Assembly: GCA_014905635.1 (NCBI GenBank)
Contig: JABVCE010000005.1
Span: 806,001 to 870,000, forward strand
Reading direction: 5' to 3'
Source of the DNA: Scenedesmus sp. PABB004
Taxonomy: Eukaryota
Length of the DNA stretch: 64,000 bases
Each line of letters begins with the position of its first letter. Within the stretch, counting starts at the first letter, position 1. The translations under genes were made by a program, and so were the position numbers. The notes beneath the pieces were generated by a model. That model saw nothing but the letters and a program-made list of their open reading frames with translations, was not told the origin of the DNA and searched no databases. Shown piece after piece: positions 10,741 through 23,877 of this stretch.

Positions 10741-13700
10741 ATGTCGGCGCCGGCGGACGCGGCCTGCGACTGGGCGGCGGCGCGCGCCGTGGGCGGCGCT
10801 GTCGCGGCGTGCCGCTCGGCGCTCGCCGCTGCCGCCGCCCCCGGCGATGCCCTGGCGCCGCTGTCGCGCGTGCATGGCCTGTTCATCGCGGGCGACGCGC
10901 ACGCGCAGGAGGATGCCGCAGCGGCCAACGAGCAGGGCGCGCAGGCGCTCGCAGCGCACGCGGCAGCGGCGGGCTGGCCCGCGCTGCGGCGCGCCTTCTT
11001 CGCGCACCAGTTCGCCGCCTGGGCGGACGCCGTGCTCACAGGTGAGCGGAAGCGCTGCGGCAGCGGGCAGGCCGCGCGGCGCAGCCGCCGATCGCGCCGC
11101 TGCCGCTGCCGGGGCCGCAGTCGCCGCGGGCGAGCTGCTGCCGCGCGCGCACGGCGCCGACGCGGCTGTCCTGCGGGGCGCCATCGCGGCCACGTTCGAC
11201 GACGCACCGCCGCACCTCGCGCTCGCTGCGCTTGTGGGGTGAGCGGGGCTGCGGCTCGCCAGGGGGCGTGCCTGCACCGGCGGCGGCGGCGCTGCGGCTG
11301 ACGCCCTCCCTCCCGGTCGCGTCCCCGCAGGCACCTGTCCGCGGTGCTGCCCAAGCAGCCGCGCGGCGGCGGCGCCGCCGCGAGCGCGCGCGTGACGGCG
11401 GTCGGCGCGGAGCTTGCGGCGGAGCTGCTGGCGGAGCGCTTTGCAGCGCCCAGCAGCGCGGGCGTGGCGCAGCTGCTCGCGAGCTGCCGCGGCAGAGCGG
11501 GCGCCGAGCAGCAGGACCAGGGGCAGGCGCCGCCGTGGGGCTTCTTGGGCCCGCTCAGCCAGGAGCAGGCGGAGGAGGCGGCGGCGCAGCTCGCGGCCGC
11601 CACGGACCGCGCGCAGCAGCTGCCCGGCGCGCCGGACGTGCTGCTGCCGGGCAGCTACGTGCCGCACGTGCTGCAGCAGGCGGTTGGCTGCATCGCCACG
11701 CACGGGAGCAGCGACGGCGCGGCCGTGGTGCTGGCCGCGCTGCTGCTGCAGAAGCTCGTGATGCGCGGCCACGCGCGGGCCGCCGCCGGCGCGGTGCTGC
11801 GCCTCGCGGCCGAGCGGGGCGCCGCACTGGCGGCGCTGCAGCGCGTGCTGCTGGCGCTCGCGGAGCAGGCGGGGCCGAGCGAGAAGCTGCTGGTGCAGCT
11901 GCTGCGGCAGGCGGCCGCGCCGCCGGCACAGCAGCCGGGCGGCGAGCTGGGGGCGCTCGACGCGCTGCTGCGCCCGCTGCTGGCGGCGCACGCGGGCCTG
12001 CGCGCCGTCGCGCTGGAGCGCCTGCTGCTGTGCCGCACGCTGCCGGCGCCGGCGCTGGCGGCGCTGCTCGGCGCGCTGCGCGGCGCCGCGCCCAGCCTGC
12101 TGCCCGAGGCGGCGGCGGCGCTGGCGCGCGCGTGGTGCGATCAGGGCACCATCCACCACACGCCCGTGCAGCAGCAGGCGTACATGACAGCCGCGCTGGT
12201 CAGCTGCATCCAGCAGCTGCCGCGGCAGCTGCTGGACCCCGCCACGACCCCAGAGGCGGCCGCCGCCGCCGTCGCCGCCGCGACGGCCGCCGGGCCGGCG
12301 CCCGACGCGCCGCTGCCGGCGGGCGGCGGCCGCTACGCCGGCCCTGCGCCCGCGGCGCTCGCGGGGCTGCTGCCGGCCATCCTGCAGGGCGTGAGCGGCC
12401 GCCTGGCCAGCCCGTCGCCGGCGATCCGCGCGCAGGCGATGCGCGTGGGCCGGGCGTTTGCTGCCAAGCTCGACCCGGCCAAGCCGCTGTTTGATGACGC
12501 GGGGGACCTGGCGCTCATGCCAGAGGAGGTCTGGCCGGGCGCGCTGCACGGCGCCGCCGAGGCCGGCGCGGCGGCGCGCGCGGCAGCCGAGGCGCAGGCG
12601 GCGGCGCAGGCGCCGCCGGCGGGCGGCGGTGACGCCGGCGCGCAGGAGGAGGAGGAGGAAGCCAGCGGGCGCTTCGAGGCGCTGCGGCGGCTGCACGAGG
12701 CGGCGCGCGAGCCTGACAGCGACGACGAGGAGGGCTGGGGCGCCGCGGCCGCTGGCCCCGGGCCTGCCGCGCCGGTCGGTGCCGTGGGCGGCGCCGCGGC
12801 CGCCGCCGGCGCCGGTGACGACGCCGCGAGCGATGCCGGCAGCGAGGGCAGCGCGTCGAGCCTGGTGGCATTCGACCTCCGCGAAGACGCCGCCGCCGAG
12901 GCTTGGTGGGGCGCCGACGGCCTGGGCCCGCGCGCAGGCACGCCGGCGAGCCTGCGCGGCCTCGCGGCGGCGCTGCGCAAGCACGACGACATGGCGGCCG
13001 CGCTCGAAGCGCTCGCGCGCGTGGAGGTCCTCGTGCGGGCGGAGCCGGACGAGCTGGCGGTGGTCGGCCCGGAGCTCGCGCGCGCGCTGCTGCACTGCAA
13101 GGTTCCCGTGTGGGCGGCGGGCGCCGAGTCGGCGCCGCCGCCGCCGCCGGAGCCCGCCGGCGCGCCGGGGTCTCGCGACGCGCCGCCGGCGGTGCCGGGC
13201 CTGAGCGGCAACGCCGAGGTGCAGCGCGGCCGCGCGCTCGCGGCGGTGCTGTCGCTCGCGCCGCTCACCGCGGGCGACACGATGATCGCCGAGCTCTACT
13301 CGCCCCACCTCGACCAGTACCAGCGCGTGCTCATACTCGACGCCCTCGCCGCGGCGGCGATGGAGATGTCGGACCCGCGCCGCGCGCCGCGCCTCGCCGC
13401 GGGCAGCCCCGGCGCGGCGCCCGCGCTGCTGCCGCCGGCCGGCGCGCGGCGCGCGGCGGCGCCGCCGCCGCGCGCGCTCGCGGGCGGCGCGCCGGGCGGC
13501 GCCAGCCCGGCGGGCGAGGGCGGTGTCGAGGGCGAGCCGGCGGGCGCGGGCGGCGGGGCCGCCGCCGCGCCCGGGCTCGTCGCGGCGCGCAGCCGCGTGT
13601 GGGGCAAGGTCTCGCTCGCGAAGCAGCAAGAGCAGGCCGCCGCCGGCGGCGCCGGCGCCGGCGCGGCGCGCACGTTCCGCAACCGCTTTGCCCCGGTCGC

Positions 13701-14416
13701 GGTGCGCTGGGCGTCGGCGCTGCTCAAGGAGTGCGACGTGCGGCACCACGGTATCGACCTCTTTGGCCGCGACGCGCTGCTGCTGGGCCGCCTGCTCACC
13801 GTGCTCGGCACGTTTGTCGAGGCCGCCGGCGAGACGCCCGCGGCGGTGCCGCTCGCGGCGGGGCTGCTCGAGGTGCTGCGCGCGGGCGAGGTGTCGGGCC
13901 ACAAGGAGGTGCGCGCCGGCGCGGCGCGGCGGCGCGGCGGCGCGGCGGGCGGAGCCAGCGGCGGGCGGGCGCGCCGCCCGGGCGAGGGCCCCGACCCCTC
14001 CTCGTCGCGCCCGCGCGCAGGTGTTTGTGCGCCGCGCCGTGCTCGTGGCGGCGTCGCAGGTCGTGCGGCACCTGCCGCCGGCGCGGCTCGCGGGGGCGAT
14101 GGTCGGCCGTGAGTCCGACGCGACCGACCGCGTGCTGGTCGAGCGGCTGCAGTGGCTGCTCGGCTGGGCGCGCGCCACGGCGGCGGGCGACGCGGACGAG
14201 CACTGCCGCCTGCTCGCGGCGGGGTGCGTGGCGTGGCAGGTGGAGCTCTCGGAGGGCGCGATGGCCGCGCTCGAGCACATGCCGGCGCTCGAGGGGCCCA
14301 GCCTCGCGGCGCCGCCCCGCGCCGGGCGCGGGGCGCAGGCGCCCCGGCGCGGCGGCGCGGGGCGCGAGCTGGAGGTGCGCGTGCCGTCGCTGCAGGAGCG
14401 CCTGGTGCTGTCCTGA
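10741..14416 (+). CDS. TELO2: Telomere length regulation protein TEL2 homolog (TTT complex). Exons 10741-11041, 11121-11238, 11331-13908, 14021-14416
   Basis: ILQGVSGRLASP...AMRVG, acidic S..SLVAFDL linker, ELYSPHLDQYQRVLILDAL, NRFAP...IDLFGRDALLLGRLL, HKEVFVRRAVL. Confidence 0.85.
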
Positions 14417-14754
14417 GCTGGCGACGGCAGCGGCGGCGCGGCGGCTGCGCGAGCGCGCTGTGCCCTGCGGCGCCTGGCCTGTTGCAACCGCTGCGACGCT
14501 CGACCGACGTGCGCACTCCCGATGTGTGTGCTGCACACCACACACGCCGCGCGCCGCCAGCCGCGTGCCGCAGCGCTGGGCAGCAGCAGCGGCAGGCGCG
14601 GGGCTCCAGCGCGGCAGCAGCAGCCGCTCGCAGCCCGCACGCTGCGGCCACGCGATCTCTGAGACGATCTGGGTTGACTCCCGCCCTGGGCAGCCGGCGG
14701 CCCCCTCCCGCGCGCCCCCGCTGCCCAGCGCTGCGGCACGCGGCTGCCGTCGGC

Positions 14755-16255
14755 ATGGGCAAGAAGGCCGCCGCCGCCCGGGCGAAGCAGCGCCAGCGCC
14801 TGGAGGCGTGGCTCGACGACTACGCCGCGGTGAGCGCGGCGGTCGAGGCCCACCTCGGCGGCGGTGACCTCGGCGACCTGCTCGAGGCGGGCGGCGGCCT
14901 CGTGAAGCTGCGCAACTTCCTGCCCACGTGGGTGGCGCATGGCCTGGTGGAGCTGCTGCAGGACCTGCCCGACGACGCCTGGAACGTGCGCCCCGCGGCG
15001 CGCGCGAGCACCCCGCACGCCGCGCCACGCCGCGCCGCGCCGCCGCCCACACCGCGTGCACGCGCTGGCCGGCCGCGGCCGCAGCTGACCGCGGCGGGCG
15101 ACGACTACGCGCGCAACGACGTGGCGCACCACTTCCTGTCCACCAAGGCCGCGCAGCTGGAGCCGGCCTTCCGCTCGCTCACGCTGCTCGCGCCCGACGC
15201 GCTCTTCACCTTTTCGGCCGCCAAGTACGAGCGCGGCGGCGCGATCGTGCCACACGACGACCGCGCGTACACACAGGTGCGGCCCGCCCACCGCCGCGCG
15301 CGCCCGCCGCCGCGGCGGCCGCGCCAGCCAGCCCACGGCGGCGCGCCACACCGGCCCCACGCCGCGGCGCGCCGCAGGTGCGCATGGAGGACGGGTCGGT
15401 CGAGCGCTGCTCGCGCAGCGTCGCGGTCATCTACTACCTCACGCTCGGCTGGGCGCCCGAGCTGGGCGGGGCGCTCGTTGACCTCGAAGCCCCCGGCGGG
15501 CGCCGCGTGTACACGCCCGAGTTCAACAGCGCGATCGTGTTTGAGATCCCGCGCTGGCACGAGGTCACGCCCGTGACCGCCGACCGCCCCCGCTACTCGG
15601 TGCGCCGCCGGCGGGGGCGGCGCCGGGGCGCGGGGCGCCAGGGCGCCGGGGCGCGGGGCGCGGGGCGCGGGGCGCGGGGCGCGGGGCGCGGGGCGCCAGG
15701 GCGCCGGGGCGCCGGGTCGCGGGCGGTCGGGCGGCCGCGGCGGCGGCGCGCGCGTGCGCCCCTGGCTCAGCCTCGCGACCGCCCGCGCCGCGCACACAGC
15801 TGTTTGGCTGGTTCCTGGAGCCTGGCGAGCTCTATAACCTCAACGTGGGGCAGCCGCCGGAGCGCCGCGCGGGCGCCGAGGCGGCAGAGCTGCCGCAGCC
15901 AGAGCAGCAGCCGCAGGCAGAGCAGCTGCTGCAGGAGCTGGCGGAGGCCGCCAAGAAGAAGAAAAAGACGAAGCGGCGCCCGGTGGACGCGGGCCAGCAG
16001 GAGCTGGGCGCGGCGGCGCAGCAGCTGGCGCAGCAGCAGGAGCAGCCGCAGCCGGGCGGCCAGCAAGGCAGCAAGAAGCACCAGCGCAAGCAGGCCCCGC
16101 CTGGCCTGCACGGCGTGGCCGGCGGCGGCGTGGCCAAGGGCAAGAAGGAGGCCAAGGCCAAGGCGGGCGGCGGCGGCGTGCTGGCGGCGAAGCAGCAGCA
16201 GCAGCACAAGAAGAAGAAGAAACACAAGCAGCAGCTGCCGGGCGGCGGCGTGTGA
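14755..16255 (+). CDS. 2OG-Fe(II) oxygenase (OGFOD1/prolyl-hydroxylase-like) with Lys/Gln-rich tail, 4 exons
   Basis: HxD...H triad (IVPHDDRAY ... WHEVTPV), VAVIYYLT..W..E.GG.L, RYSLFGWF. Confidence 0.82.
15624..15716 (+). repeat. (GGGGCGC)n G-run tandem repeat in an intron of the 2OG oxygenase gene
   Basis: About a dozen degenerate GGGGCGC/GGGCGCC units, read directly. Confidence 0.75.
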
Positions 16256-16291
16256 GAGGCGGCGGCGGCCGCGCGGCCGTAACACTCGTCG

Positions 16292-18018
16292 CTACCCGCC
16301 CGCGACGTGCTGCTCCGCCCGCGCCAGCAGCCCCAGCAGCTGCTGCTGCTGCTCCAGCGCCGACGCCGGCGCCGCGCCGCCCGGCTCGGCTGCGGCGGCC
16401 TGCTGCAGCGCGGCCCGTGCGGCCTGCAGCTGCTCCGCCGCGCGCGACGCCTCGCCGAGCTGCGACAGCGCGAGCCCCGCAGCGACGTGTGCCTCTGCCG
16501 CGCCTGTGGGCTGGCCGTGCTCGGCTCGCAGCTGGGCGACGTCCTGCCGGTCAGCGTCAGCGGCGGCAGCGCAGCACGCGCGTCAGCGCGCGCGCAGTGG
16601 TCAGACGCGCAACAGGGCGCCACGAGTGCGCGCACACACCAGCAGCATCTCCACCACCTCCAGCAGCTGCAGCTGCCCCACAGGCAGCTCGCGCGGCGCG
16701 CCCGGCGGCAGCGCTCCGCCGTCGGGGCCGGCACCCAGCGCGGCGGCCGCGAGCGCGGCCGCCCAGATGGCCGCGACCTGGCCCGCGCACGCGAGAGCGC
16801 CTGGCACGTTGCCAGTCGAGCGCAGCACCTGCGCCAAATTGTAGTAGCCGAGGCTGGTGCGGGGTTCCTGCGCGCGGCGCGCACGCCGCGCGGCGCAGCT
16901 CGGCGCGGTGCACCTCGGCGCGGGGCCGGCAGCACTCCCAAGCGCTGCCAGCGCTGCGGCACTGCGGCCGGTTCGAGCTCCGCCCGCGCGCCTGGGGGCC
17001 GTACTCGAGCGATGAGAAGTACACGTCCTCAGCAAAGGCGGTCAGCGCCTCTGGCCCCTTGTCCTGTGCGCAGGGAGCGGGCCGAGGGCGTCGTGACCAG
17101 CCGCACCAGCTGCTGCCGCCGGCGGCAGAAGCTGGCGCGGTGGCGCCACCGCGCAGCGTTGCGGGGGCGCGCTGGCGGCCGCGCCTGGAAGGCGTAGAGC
17201 TGGCCCCACAGCCGGCTGAGCTGCGCGCGCATGACGTTGGTCGTCTGCTCGGGCTCCCGCAGCGCCAGCAGGTTGGCGAGCCCCAGGCACTTCTCGCACT
17301 GCGCGCCGCGGCGCAGGCCCAGGTGCGCCTGGCCGGGGCGCGCGGGTGGCGGCGTGGGGGGTCTCGGCGCTCGCGCTCGCAGCCTGCTGGAGCGCGGCCT
17401 CGCGCCGGCGAGGCGCGCGGCGCGGCTGCCGAGGCCCACCCACCTGCGCCGCGAGGAGGTAGAGGGGGAAGAGCGCCAGCGCGGGCGCGGGCTTGAACAG
17501 GGCCTCGCCCCGCGCCAGCGCCTCGAGCGCGACCGGCAGCGCGACCTCGTGGTCGCCGGCCGCCATGAGCCGCGCCGCCTCCTGTGACGCGAGCTTGAGC
17601 ATGGCGAGCCGGAACGACTGCGCGAGCTCGGGCCGCCGCCGGTCCACCAGCAGGGCCTCCACGGTCGGCGGCGGCAGCAGCACCACGCCCGCGTGGCTCG
17701 CGCAGCCCTCGACCTGCAGGCCGAGCTGCACGATCGTGTGCAGCACGTCCGGCGCGGCGCTGTTCGCGCGCGCGTACTTGCCGCGCCGCAGCTCCTGCAG
17801 GAAGCCGGTGGGCGTCTCGTTGAATAGCTGCGAGGCCACCTCGCCCATCACGAAGAACTGGCGGCGCCGGCGACCGTGCCGGGGGTGAGCGTGCGGGCGG
17901 CGGCGCGCGCGGCGGCGGTCCCTGCGGCACACGCCTTGCCGCTGGAGGTGTGGAGCTGGTGCAAGCGGCAGGCGTCTCCTATGGTCAGCACGGTGTAGGT
18001 GATGAGCTGCCCCGCCAT
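16292..18018 (-). CDS. ZMYND12/p38-like TPR inner-arm dynein-associated protein without a MYND finger (FAP146/DII6-like), 6 exons
   Basis: EVALPVALEAL...LFPLYLLAAQAHLGL...LSRLWGQLY...FAEDVYFSSLEYGP..PRTSLGYYNLA resembles the ZMYND12 C-terminal region. 3 of 5 introns are GC-AG. Confidence 0.72.
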
Positions 18019-18391
18019 GGCTGCCGGCGCCGCGGAAAAAGCAGCGGCGAGCCCGGGCGGCGCCGCTGCTGCTGTTGCGCGAGCCGGGAGGGTGTGCCCA
18101 CGTCGCGCGCGCTTCTGCGAGCGAATCGCCAGGCAAAGGGCGGGGCGCGCTGAAGGGCGCCTGCGGCGGGGCGCGGCGGTCAAGGCGGCGCGCCGGTCGG
18201 CGCGGCCCTCCGACTGCCGGCCGCCGCGGCCTCCTCGCGGCTCACTTTCGGCGTGAGCCGCGGACGTTCGACCCCGGCCCGCACCTGGGAGGCACGCCGC
18301 AGCCCGGCGGGCCTGGCGCAGCAGCAGCGGCCGCGCCGCGGAGTGCCATCGCGCGCAATCAACAGCCCTGAGCCCGTCATCCCAGGACGCC
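18019..18391. promoter_or_regulatory. Putative bidirectional promoter between two flagellar genes
   Basis: 373 bp separate the divergent ATGs of the ZMYND12-like gene and CFAP251. Confidence 0.55.
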
Positions 18392-21300
18392 ATGGATGAC
18401 GAGAGGCAGGCGCTGGTGGGTGCGGCGGCGCATGCACGCGGCCGGCCGCCGCCGCGGCCGCGCCCGCTCACGGCAGGGGCGCGGCGCCGCCGCAGGCGCT
18501 GGAGTGGGCGTGCGGGCTGTCTGGCGCGCGCTCCCACATCGTCAACCTCTCCACGCACGGCCACAACGACCGCGTCGCGTACGCGGCCGCGCACACGGCG
18601 GTCATCTACGACAAGCGCACGCGGCGGCAGACCTTCCTGCAGGTCCGGGCGCCCGGCACGCGCGCGCGCGCGCGCGCCGCCAGCAGCGTCGCCGCGCCCG
18701 GCGGCGGCTCACGCACGCCGCCGCGGCCGCAGGGCCACTGCACCGCCATCATCGCCATCGCGGTGAGCGAGGACCGCGCGCTGCTCGTGACCGCGGACGG
18801 CGGCGCCGACTCGCTGCTCGTGGTCTGGAACGCCGCCAGCGGGCGGCCGCTGCGCAGTGTGGCGCGCCCGCACGCGGCCGGCGTGGCGGCGGTGGCGGTC
18901 GCGCCCGACGGCACCCAGCTCGCGACACTCAGCAGCGTGGACGCGGGCGACGGCGTGCAAGAGGCGCGCGCGCAGGCGCACGCGCACGCGCTGGCCCCCG
19001 GCGCGACGCGCAGCTGCGGCGGCGGCGGCGGCGGCGGCGGCGGGCAGCCCTGGAGGCGCTCACCGCCGCCCCCTGCCGTCCGCAGATCGCGCTGTGGGAC
19101 CTGGCGGCGGCGCTGGCTGGAGGCGGCGACGGCAGCGACGACGCCGGCAGCGCGCCGCCGCTCGAGGCCGCCGCGCGCACGCCCGTGCCCGCGGGCGACG
19201 TGCAGGCGGCACTCGCGTACAACGCGGCCGACCCGGGCGAGCTCGTCAGCAACGGCCCCCGTCGCGCCTACTTCTGGCGCTGGGCCCCGGGCTCGCCGCA
19301 CCTGGCCTACATCTCGCCGCCGCTGCGCGCGGCCGACTTCCGGCAGGCCGTCGGCGACTTTGTGGCGTCGACGTTTGTGCCGGGGACCACGCAGGCGCTG
19401 ACGAGCACGGTCGACGGCGACGTGGTGGTCTGGGATGAGCAGGGCCTGAGCGCGCAGATGGGCACGCGCGCGAGCGACCGGCGCGCGGTCAAGGTCATGC
19501 GCCTGCACGGCGCCGCCATCAACCACATTGCCGCGATCGGTGCGCCGGCGCCAGCGGGAGGGCGCCCGGCTGCGCCCAGCGGGCGCTGGCCGGCCGCAGA
19601 GGCGGCACTCACCCGCGCGGAATGCGCGCGCGCGACGACAGGCGGCCTGGTCGTGACCGGCGGCGCGGACGGCCTGGTGCGCTTCTTTGACCCGCAGCTG
19701 CGGCTCTGCGCCTGGTTTGAGCAGCTCGACGCTGGCCCCGTCGCCTGCATCAGCTTTGCCACGCGCGGCCAGCGCTGCGCCGTGGCGGAGATGCAGATGC
19801 ACACGTGCGCGCGCCGCGCTGCGCGCGCGCGAGCCCCCGGGCGGCATCGGACGCCACGTGCGGCGCCTGACTGCCTGGCCGCGCAGGTTTGTGGCGCCGG
19901 ACTTCATGGTGTCCACTCAGGCAGGCAAGGTGCTCGCGGTCCCGGCGGCGAGCTTCAGCGCAACCGACGCCGACGCGGCCGACGCCGGGCGCGGCGAGCT
20001 GCTGGTCGAGGCGCCCGCGGCGGCGCTCACCGACCTCGCGGCGCACCCGCTGCGCCCCGAGCTGCTGCTGCTGGACGGCGACGCGGGGCGGCTGATCCGC
20101 TGGGACCTCGCCGCCAGGCGCGCGCCGCGCGGCGCCGTGCGGCCGTGCGCGGCCTGCGCTGCGCCCGCCGACCTTCCGACCGCCGACTGCTGCCGCCGCA
20201 GGGCCACCGTGGCCGAGCGCGCGCTGCCGCGCGAGCTGCGTGCTATGCGGCTCGCGCTGTCGCGCGACGGCGGTCTGGCGGCGGTCGGCTGCGAGTGCGG
20301 GCGCGTGCTGCTGCTGCAGGGCGACAGCCTGGAGGACGCCGCGGCGCTGCGGCACACGCGGCAGCCCATCGCCCGGCTGAGCATCGCGTCGAGCGGGCGG
20401 CTCGTCGCCGCCGCCGACGGCGCGGGGCAGGTGCTGCTCTATGGCCTGCTGCCCCACAGGGGGCTGCTCAGGTGGGAGCTCGTCGGCCGCTACCACGCGC
20501 ACCACGGTGCGCGGCCGCGGCGCCGGCGGGGCTCCGGGGCGCCTTGCGCGAGCTGACCCCGCCGCTGACCGCGCGCCCGCGGCGCCGCCGCGCCCGCGCA
20601 GCGCCGGTGGTGGGCCTCGCGTTTGGCGAGGCGCCGTCCGGCGCGACGCGCCTGTTCAGCCTCGGCGCCGACCGGCGGCTGCTGGAGTTCGAGCTGGCGC
20701 CCGCGGCCGAGGCAGCCGCGGGGCTGCGCGCCGCGGCGGTGCTCGACCTCTGCGGCGCCAAGCCCACCGCGCTCGCGTTTGCGCCGCCGCTCCCCTACTT
20801 CAGCGCCGGGAGCCTCGACACGCTGCTGCTCGTTGCGGGTGGGGCGGCGGCCGCGCGGCCCCGCCAAGCGCTCACGCGCATTGCACCCCGGCCGCACCCA
20901 CCCGCGCCTGCTCGCCCCACGCGTGGCGCGCGCGCGCGCGCAGACGAGGCGTTCAAGGTGCGCGCCCACAACCCCGACCACGCGCACGGCACCGCGGCCG
21001 CCACCTTCCTGGGCCCAACGTTTGGCGGGCCCATCAACAGGCTTTTGCCGTTCAGGTGTGCCGCGCCGCGCACGCAAAGCTGGCAGGCCGCTGCTGCTGG
21101 TGCCGCGGCGCCCGCCGCCTGCTGGTCGCCGCGGCGGGAGTGTGCGACGCGCGCGCGCGCGCGCAGGTCGGTGGCCGACGGCGGCTCCTGGCTGGCCTGG
21201 AGCAGCGCGGAGCGCGTGGTCGGGCTCGCCGCGTGGCCGCTGGACGGCGACCCGCGGCACAGCATGGCGGTCATCGCCCACCCCGGACCGGTCAGGGGCA

Positions 21301-22303
21301 TGGCGCTGAGCTTTGACGGCCGCAAGCTCGTCACCCTCGGCGAGCAGGGCGCGCTCAACGTGTGGGACGTGGACACCGCGGCGCTTGTCGACCCCGGCGG
21401 CGGCGACGCGCTCGCGCTGGAGCTGGAGCTCGGCGGCGCGGCCGGCGGGCGCGGCGGCGCCGAGGCGCGCTGGGCGCACCTCGTCGGCGACGCGGCGCTG
21501 GTCGAGGAGCTGCGCGACCTAATTTGCTACGCCCAGGTGGCGGCGCAGCCGCAGGACACGGCCACGCCCTACGACATCACGGGTGCGTTGACCAGCGCGC
21601 GTGCGCGCCAGCGTGCGCAGGAGCGCGGCGCTTTGGCTGCTGCGCGGCCGCCGCGCCCGGCGGCTCAGCGCGCTGAGCCACCGCCCGGCGCCCGCAGGGC
21701 GCGTGCCCGTGGCGGCGCTGCCCGACCTCATGCGCGCGGCGGGCGTCTTCCTGTCGGCCGCCGACGTCGCCGCGCTGCACGCGCACGTCGCGTTCCTGGC
21801 CGCCCTCGCGCCCGCGGACGACGACGCCGGCCTGGGCGAGGGCAGCGGCCCTGGCGAGGCCTGCGGCCCCGGCGGCGCGCCGCGGCCGCCGGCGAGCGCG
21901 GCGCCTGGGAGCGTTGACTTTGAGACCTTTCTCTGCCTCTACGCCAACCACCGTCCCACCGAGGCGGTCAGCCTGGCGCAGATTGAGCAGGCGTTTGCGA
22001 CGCTCGGCGCCAGCGCGGCCAAGGGTGAGCGCGCGCGCGCGCCCCGGCGCTGGGATCGCTGCCAGGCAGGGGCCACCACCGCCACGCCGCCGCCGCTGAC
22101 CGGCCCGCGCGCACCACGCAGGCGCGCTGCCGGCGCGGCGGCTGCTGGAGCTGCTGCAGCAGGGCGGCGACGCGATGGGAGCCGAGGAGCTGCAGCGCGC
22201 GCTGCGGGTGCTCACGGGCGCCGAGCACGTCGAGGCCGCGCTGCCGGAGCTCGTCGACGCGCGCACCTTTGCCTCGGCGGTACTCGGTTTTGAGAGCGAG
22301 TGA
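18392..22303 (+). CDS. CFAP251: Cilia/flagella-associated WD40 protein 251 (WDR66) with C-terminal EF-hand-like region, ~12 exons
   Basis: LEWACG, YAAAHTAVIYD, FLQGHC...VSEDR.LLVTAD, LGPTFGGPI, WPLDGDP..MAVIAHPG, FETFLCLYANHRP. Confidence 0.9.
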
Positions 22304-22567
22304 GCGCGTCGGGCGCGCGCTGAAACCGATTACCGCCGGCAGTGTGGCGGCAACGCTCGCGAGCAGAGCATGCAGGGGGACCTAGCACGCAGCGCAGCAG
22401 GCATGGTTGGTGGGTGGGTGGGTGATCATGAGTGGGGCGGCCAGGAGGCATGACAGGTGAATGGGGGGGACAGAGCGCAGTGCAGGCCTAGGTCAAGAGT
22501 CACGGGCGCAGGCCGCGCGCGCGCGCGCCGCCGCCGGCCATTATTGCCGCCGCGAGGGCAGCCCCCG

Positions 22568-23675
22568 TCATGGCTGCACGTTCTGCTGGCACGTGCCGCC
22601 CTCGCCGTTCCCCGGGGTGTACTGGCACACGTAGAACTTGTGCGTGGCGTTCGGGCAGGGCGCGAAGCCGCAGCCGAGCTCGCGCGTGGCCTTCCACACA
22701 ATCTGGCTGAAGTGCGCGGTCTCGTCGGCGTAGCAGTTGGCCTGCCCGTGGTACTTGGGCGCCTGCGCACGCGGGCGCGGCGCGCCGCAGCACGCCGCGC
22801 AGATCAGCGGGCCCGCGTGCGAGCTCGGGCGCTGCAGCGCAGCCAGGCAGCCCCTGCCCACCTCGGAGAGCCACTCTGCGATCGCCGCCGCAAAGTCCGG
22901 CTCGTCCCAGTTGATGGACTCCCCGTACGTCCACACGCCGTTGGTCTGGCGCAGCGGGTGCGGAGTCAAGTGGGTGGGTGGGTGTGCGCGCGCGCGTGCT
23001 GCGGCGCAGCTGCCAGCCGCCGCCCGCCCGCCGCGCACGATCGAGTGCGAGCGCGAGCAGCCGGCGGCGTGCTCCTGGGCGGCCGCGGCACGGTCAGGGC
23101 TCCACGTGAGCGGCGCGGCGCCGTGCTTGGCGCGCAGGGAGTTGTGGATGTCGAGCGCCGCGCGGAGCTCGGGGTCCGCGGGGCCGGCCGCCGCCGGCGC
23201 GGGCGCGGGCGCGGGCGCAGGGGCGGGCGCGGTGCCCGCGGGCGCGGGCGCGGGCGCAGGGGCGGCGGCGGGCGCGGCGGGCGCGGCCGGCGCCGGCGCA
23301 GGCGCAGGGGTGGCGGCGGGCGCCGGGGTCGGCTGGCTGGGCGCGGGAGCCTCCACAGACGCCGGCTGGGCGGCCGGCGCTGCCGGCGCGGGCGCCACCG
23401 GCTGCTCGGCGGGCGCCGCCGGCTGCTCGGCCGCCGCCGGCTGCTCGCCGCGCCAGCGCTGCTGCCTGTCGCGCCCGCCACCCCAGCCGTGCTCGACCGT
23501 GGCGTTGGCTGGCGGGACGGGCGGCGGGCGTGACCGCGTGCGCGGCGGCGGCGGCAGCGTGGTGCGGCGGGCGGGGCCCGCGCGCACCCTCCTGGAGCGA
23601 CCGGCGCGCGCCCAGGCACGGGGCCGCGGCCAGGGCGAGTATCAGGACCAGGCAGAGCGCGCCGCGGGGCGGCAT
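22568..23675 (-). CDS. Secreted CAP/SCP (PR-1-like) protein with Pro/Ala-rich linker, 4 exons
   Basis: Signal peptide MPPRGALCLVLILALAAAP. CAP motifs HNSLRAKHGAAPLTWS, YGESI, HFSQIVWKATRELGCG, YVCQYTPGN. Confidence 0.9.
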
Positions 23676-23877
23676 CGCGCGGAGGCGGCGCGGGCGGCGC
23701 GGGCGGGCGGCGGCGCGGGCGGGCGGCGGCGCGGGCGGCGGCGCGGGGCGCTCTCGACGCGCGCAGGGGCTGCCAGGGGCGCGGCGGGTGCTGCGTGCGG
23801 CAACGGCGCGCACACGACAGGGGCGCGCGGGGCGGCCAGCCGGCGGCGGTTCAGGTCGGTTGCCGCGCGGCCCGCCG

